A DNA stretch of 64,000 bases from an uncultured Thiomicrospira sp. (lineage in GTDB: Bacteria; Pseudomonadota; Gammaproteobacteria; CAKMZV01), in the NCBI GenBank assembly GCA_965195345.1, contig OZ239628.1, forward strand, positions 1,760,001 through 1,824,000, in the 5' to 3' direction. Below the pieces are notes generated by a model. That model saw only the letters and a list, made by a program, of their open reading frames with translations. It did not search any database and had not been told where the DNA came from. The position numbers were made by a program, and so were the translations under genes. This document shows, one piece after another, positions 62,490-64,000 of this stretch; the first letter of the stretch is position 1, and every line of letters starts with the position of its first letter.

Positions 62490-62921
62490 ATGAATCAAAA
62501 CAATAATAAATACAACTTCCGTCTTGCCCACACAATGATACGGGTTCTTGATTTAGAAAAATCTTTGCATTTTTATTGCGACCTGCTTGGTATGCAAGTG
62601 CAACGACGTACTGATTACCCAGCAGGACGCTTTACCAATACGTTTATCGGCTATGGAGCAGAAGCAGAGTTTCCTTGCTTAGAGTTAACTCATAATTGGG
62701 ATCAAGAAGCGCCTTACGAAAAAGGAAATGGTTGGGGGCATATTTGTATTGAAACACCCGATGTATATAAATCTTGCGAAGAACTCGTTAGAATTGGCGT
62801 TGAATTCATAAGCCCTCCCAAGCCTATGAATGCCGGCACAAGAATTCTTGCATTCTGTAAAGATCCCGACGGTTATATTATTGAATTAAATGAATCTATA
62901 AATAAGGAGAAACATGACTAA
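62490..62921 (+). CDS. gloA: Lactoylglutathione lyase (glyoxalase I)
   Basis: HTMIRVLDLEKSLHFY, ELTHNW, GHICI, DPDGYIIEL. Confidence 0.85.
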   Translation: MNQNNNKYNFRLAHTMIRVLDLEKSLHFYCDLLGMQVQRRTDYPAGRFTNTFIGYGAEAEFPCLELTHNWDQEAPYEKGNGWGHICIETPDVYKSCEELVRIGVEFISPPKPMNAGTRILAFCKDPDGYIIELNESINKEKHD

Positions 62922-63315
62922 CACCCCTCAATTGTTTAAATTTACTGAAATTGAGCATCGCTTACAAACATTAGAACCTGGAAAGTCCTACATCAAACCC
63001 TTTGTCACTAGCAAAATAAGTAACACAATGTGTGGAGGCCTTAACTTCCTCAATAAAGTCTCTGTCCCTTGGCGCTTAACTTGCGATGAAATCATTTATT
63101 GCATGGAAGGAACATTCCGTTTAACTTGTAACGGTGAGTCGTATATTTGCAATCCTGGTGATGTTTTGTATATTCCAAAAGATAATGATATTGCTTACGA
63201 ATGCGACGAAAAATGTGTGATTTTTTACGCTGCCTATCCCCACGATTGGAAACAACAAGCTGGCATCACGTTTGTGCCCGGAATTGATCCAGAGGACATG
63301 CCACAACCAGAATAG
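62914..63315 (+). CDS. EutQ-like cupin
   Basis: WRLTCDEIIYCMEG, PGDVLYIPK, FYAAYP. Confidence 0.75.
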   Translation: MTNTPQLFKFTEIEHRLQTLEPGKSYIKPFVTSKISNTMCGGLNFLNKVSVPWRLTCDEIIYCMEGTFRLTCNGESYICNPGDVLYIPKDNDIAYECDEKCVIFYAAYPHDWKQQAGITFVPGIDPEDMPQPE

Positions 63316-63343
63316 TTCAACATTATTTTTACGGAGTATTGAT

Positions 63344-64000
63344 ATGACAACAAATAACCAACTGTATTTTCAAAACATCAACGATGCCATTGAGCATAAC
63401 CGTAAAAGAATCCCCGAGACAAAGTCATATCTTGAAAAGGAGGGGGTAAAGTATGTACTTTCAAGTTGGATTGATCTGCACGGTATCCCAAAAACCAAAC
63501 CAGTCCCAATGAGTGATTATGAAGCCCTTTGCTTAGGCAAAGGACCGCAATTTGCAGTGCACTCAATATCCTATGTCCCTGAGCTGAGCCCAGCGGATTC
63601 AGATCAAATAATGATTCCTGATCTAGATGCAATCTATATTTGCCCTTGGGATAAAAGCATGGCCATTATTTTTGCTGATTTATATTGGGAAGGTGCTCCG
63701 TATGATGTTTGTCCTCGTCAAGCGTTAAAACGTGCGATACATGAAGCAGGAGAACTGGGTTATGTTGGGTTTGCTGGCATAGAGCCTGAGTTCATAGCCA
63801 TGCGATATGATCAAGATGGTCAACCCGTTAAATTTTTCGATAATGATCCGGAAAAAGGGATAAGGCCGAGACGACAAGCATTTGGTTACGATGTTGAATA
63901 CTCTATAGATTCAATGCCGTTCTTAAAAGAGTTGATTGATATTCTTGAAGACATGGGTTGGAATTTACACGATGTTGTTGCCGAAGGTGCCTATTCTCAA
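63344..64000 (+). CDS. Glutamine synthetase-family protein (GlnT/GmaS-like), 3'-truncated; absent from the ORF track
   Basis: Manual translation from ATG 63344 (GGAG upstream): WIDLHGIPKTKPVP, PDLD..CPW, CPRQALKR, GIEPEF; no stop codon before the window end. Confidence 0.85.
   Translation, partial: MTTNNQLYFQNINDAIEHNRKRIPETKSYLEKEGVKYVLSSWIDLHGIPKTKPVPMSDYEALCLGKGPQFAVHSISYVPELSPADSDQIMIPDLDAIYICPWDKSMAIIFADLYWEGAPYDVCPRQALKRAIHEAGELGYVGFAGIEPEFIAMRYDQDGQPVKFFDNDPEKGIRPRRQAFGYDVEYSIDSMPFLKELIDILEDMGWNLHDVVAEGAYSQ

Noticed and set aside
1-64000. Many short antisense or nested ORFs, and any CRISPR, prophage or transposase signal
   Set aside because: The short ORFs are shadows of well-supported genes; I saw no regularly spaced repeats, phage genes or DDE/integrase motifs

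Overview
AT-rich proteobacterial chromosomal window, probably a marine gamma/beta-type organism (separate NuoC and NuoD, DUF2818 after nuoN). Core genes: complete nuoA-N operon followed by DUF2818-aroA-cmk-ratA-ratB, fadE-fadB(FadN-type)-fadA, and frmA-fghA. Accessory content is dominated by catabolism of methylated S/N compounds: (i) an acyl-CoA dehydrogenase-dmdA-dmdB-creatinase operon preceded by a betaine-type ABC permease and ATPase with no binding protein; (ii) an uncharacterised M19-like amidohydrolase / ~570-aa hypothetical / DUF3726 / LysE module; (iii) a partial trigonelline (tgnF-tgnA-tgnC-like) cluster; (iv) a Rieske oxygenase-glyoxalase-EutQ cupin-glutamine-synthetase-like cluster that runs off the right edge. 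Also present: a small diacetamido-uronic acid sugar cluster, a metallopeptidase-propeller-Omp85 protein, a 5'-truncated large protein with two Ser/Thr-rich amphipathic hairpins (pore-forming candidate), and degenerate integron attC-like sites flanking a DMT transporter gene. I recognised no rRNA, tRNA, CRISPR array or intact IS. All family calls come from motif recognition and recall, not database searches.
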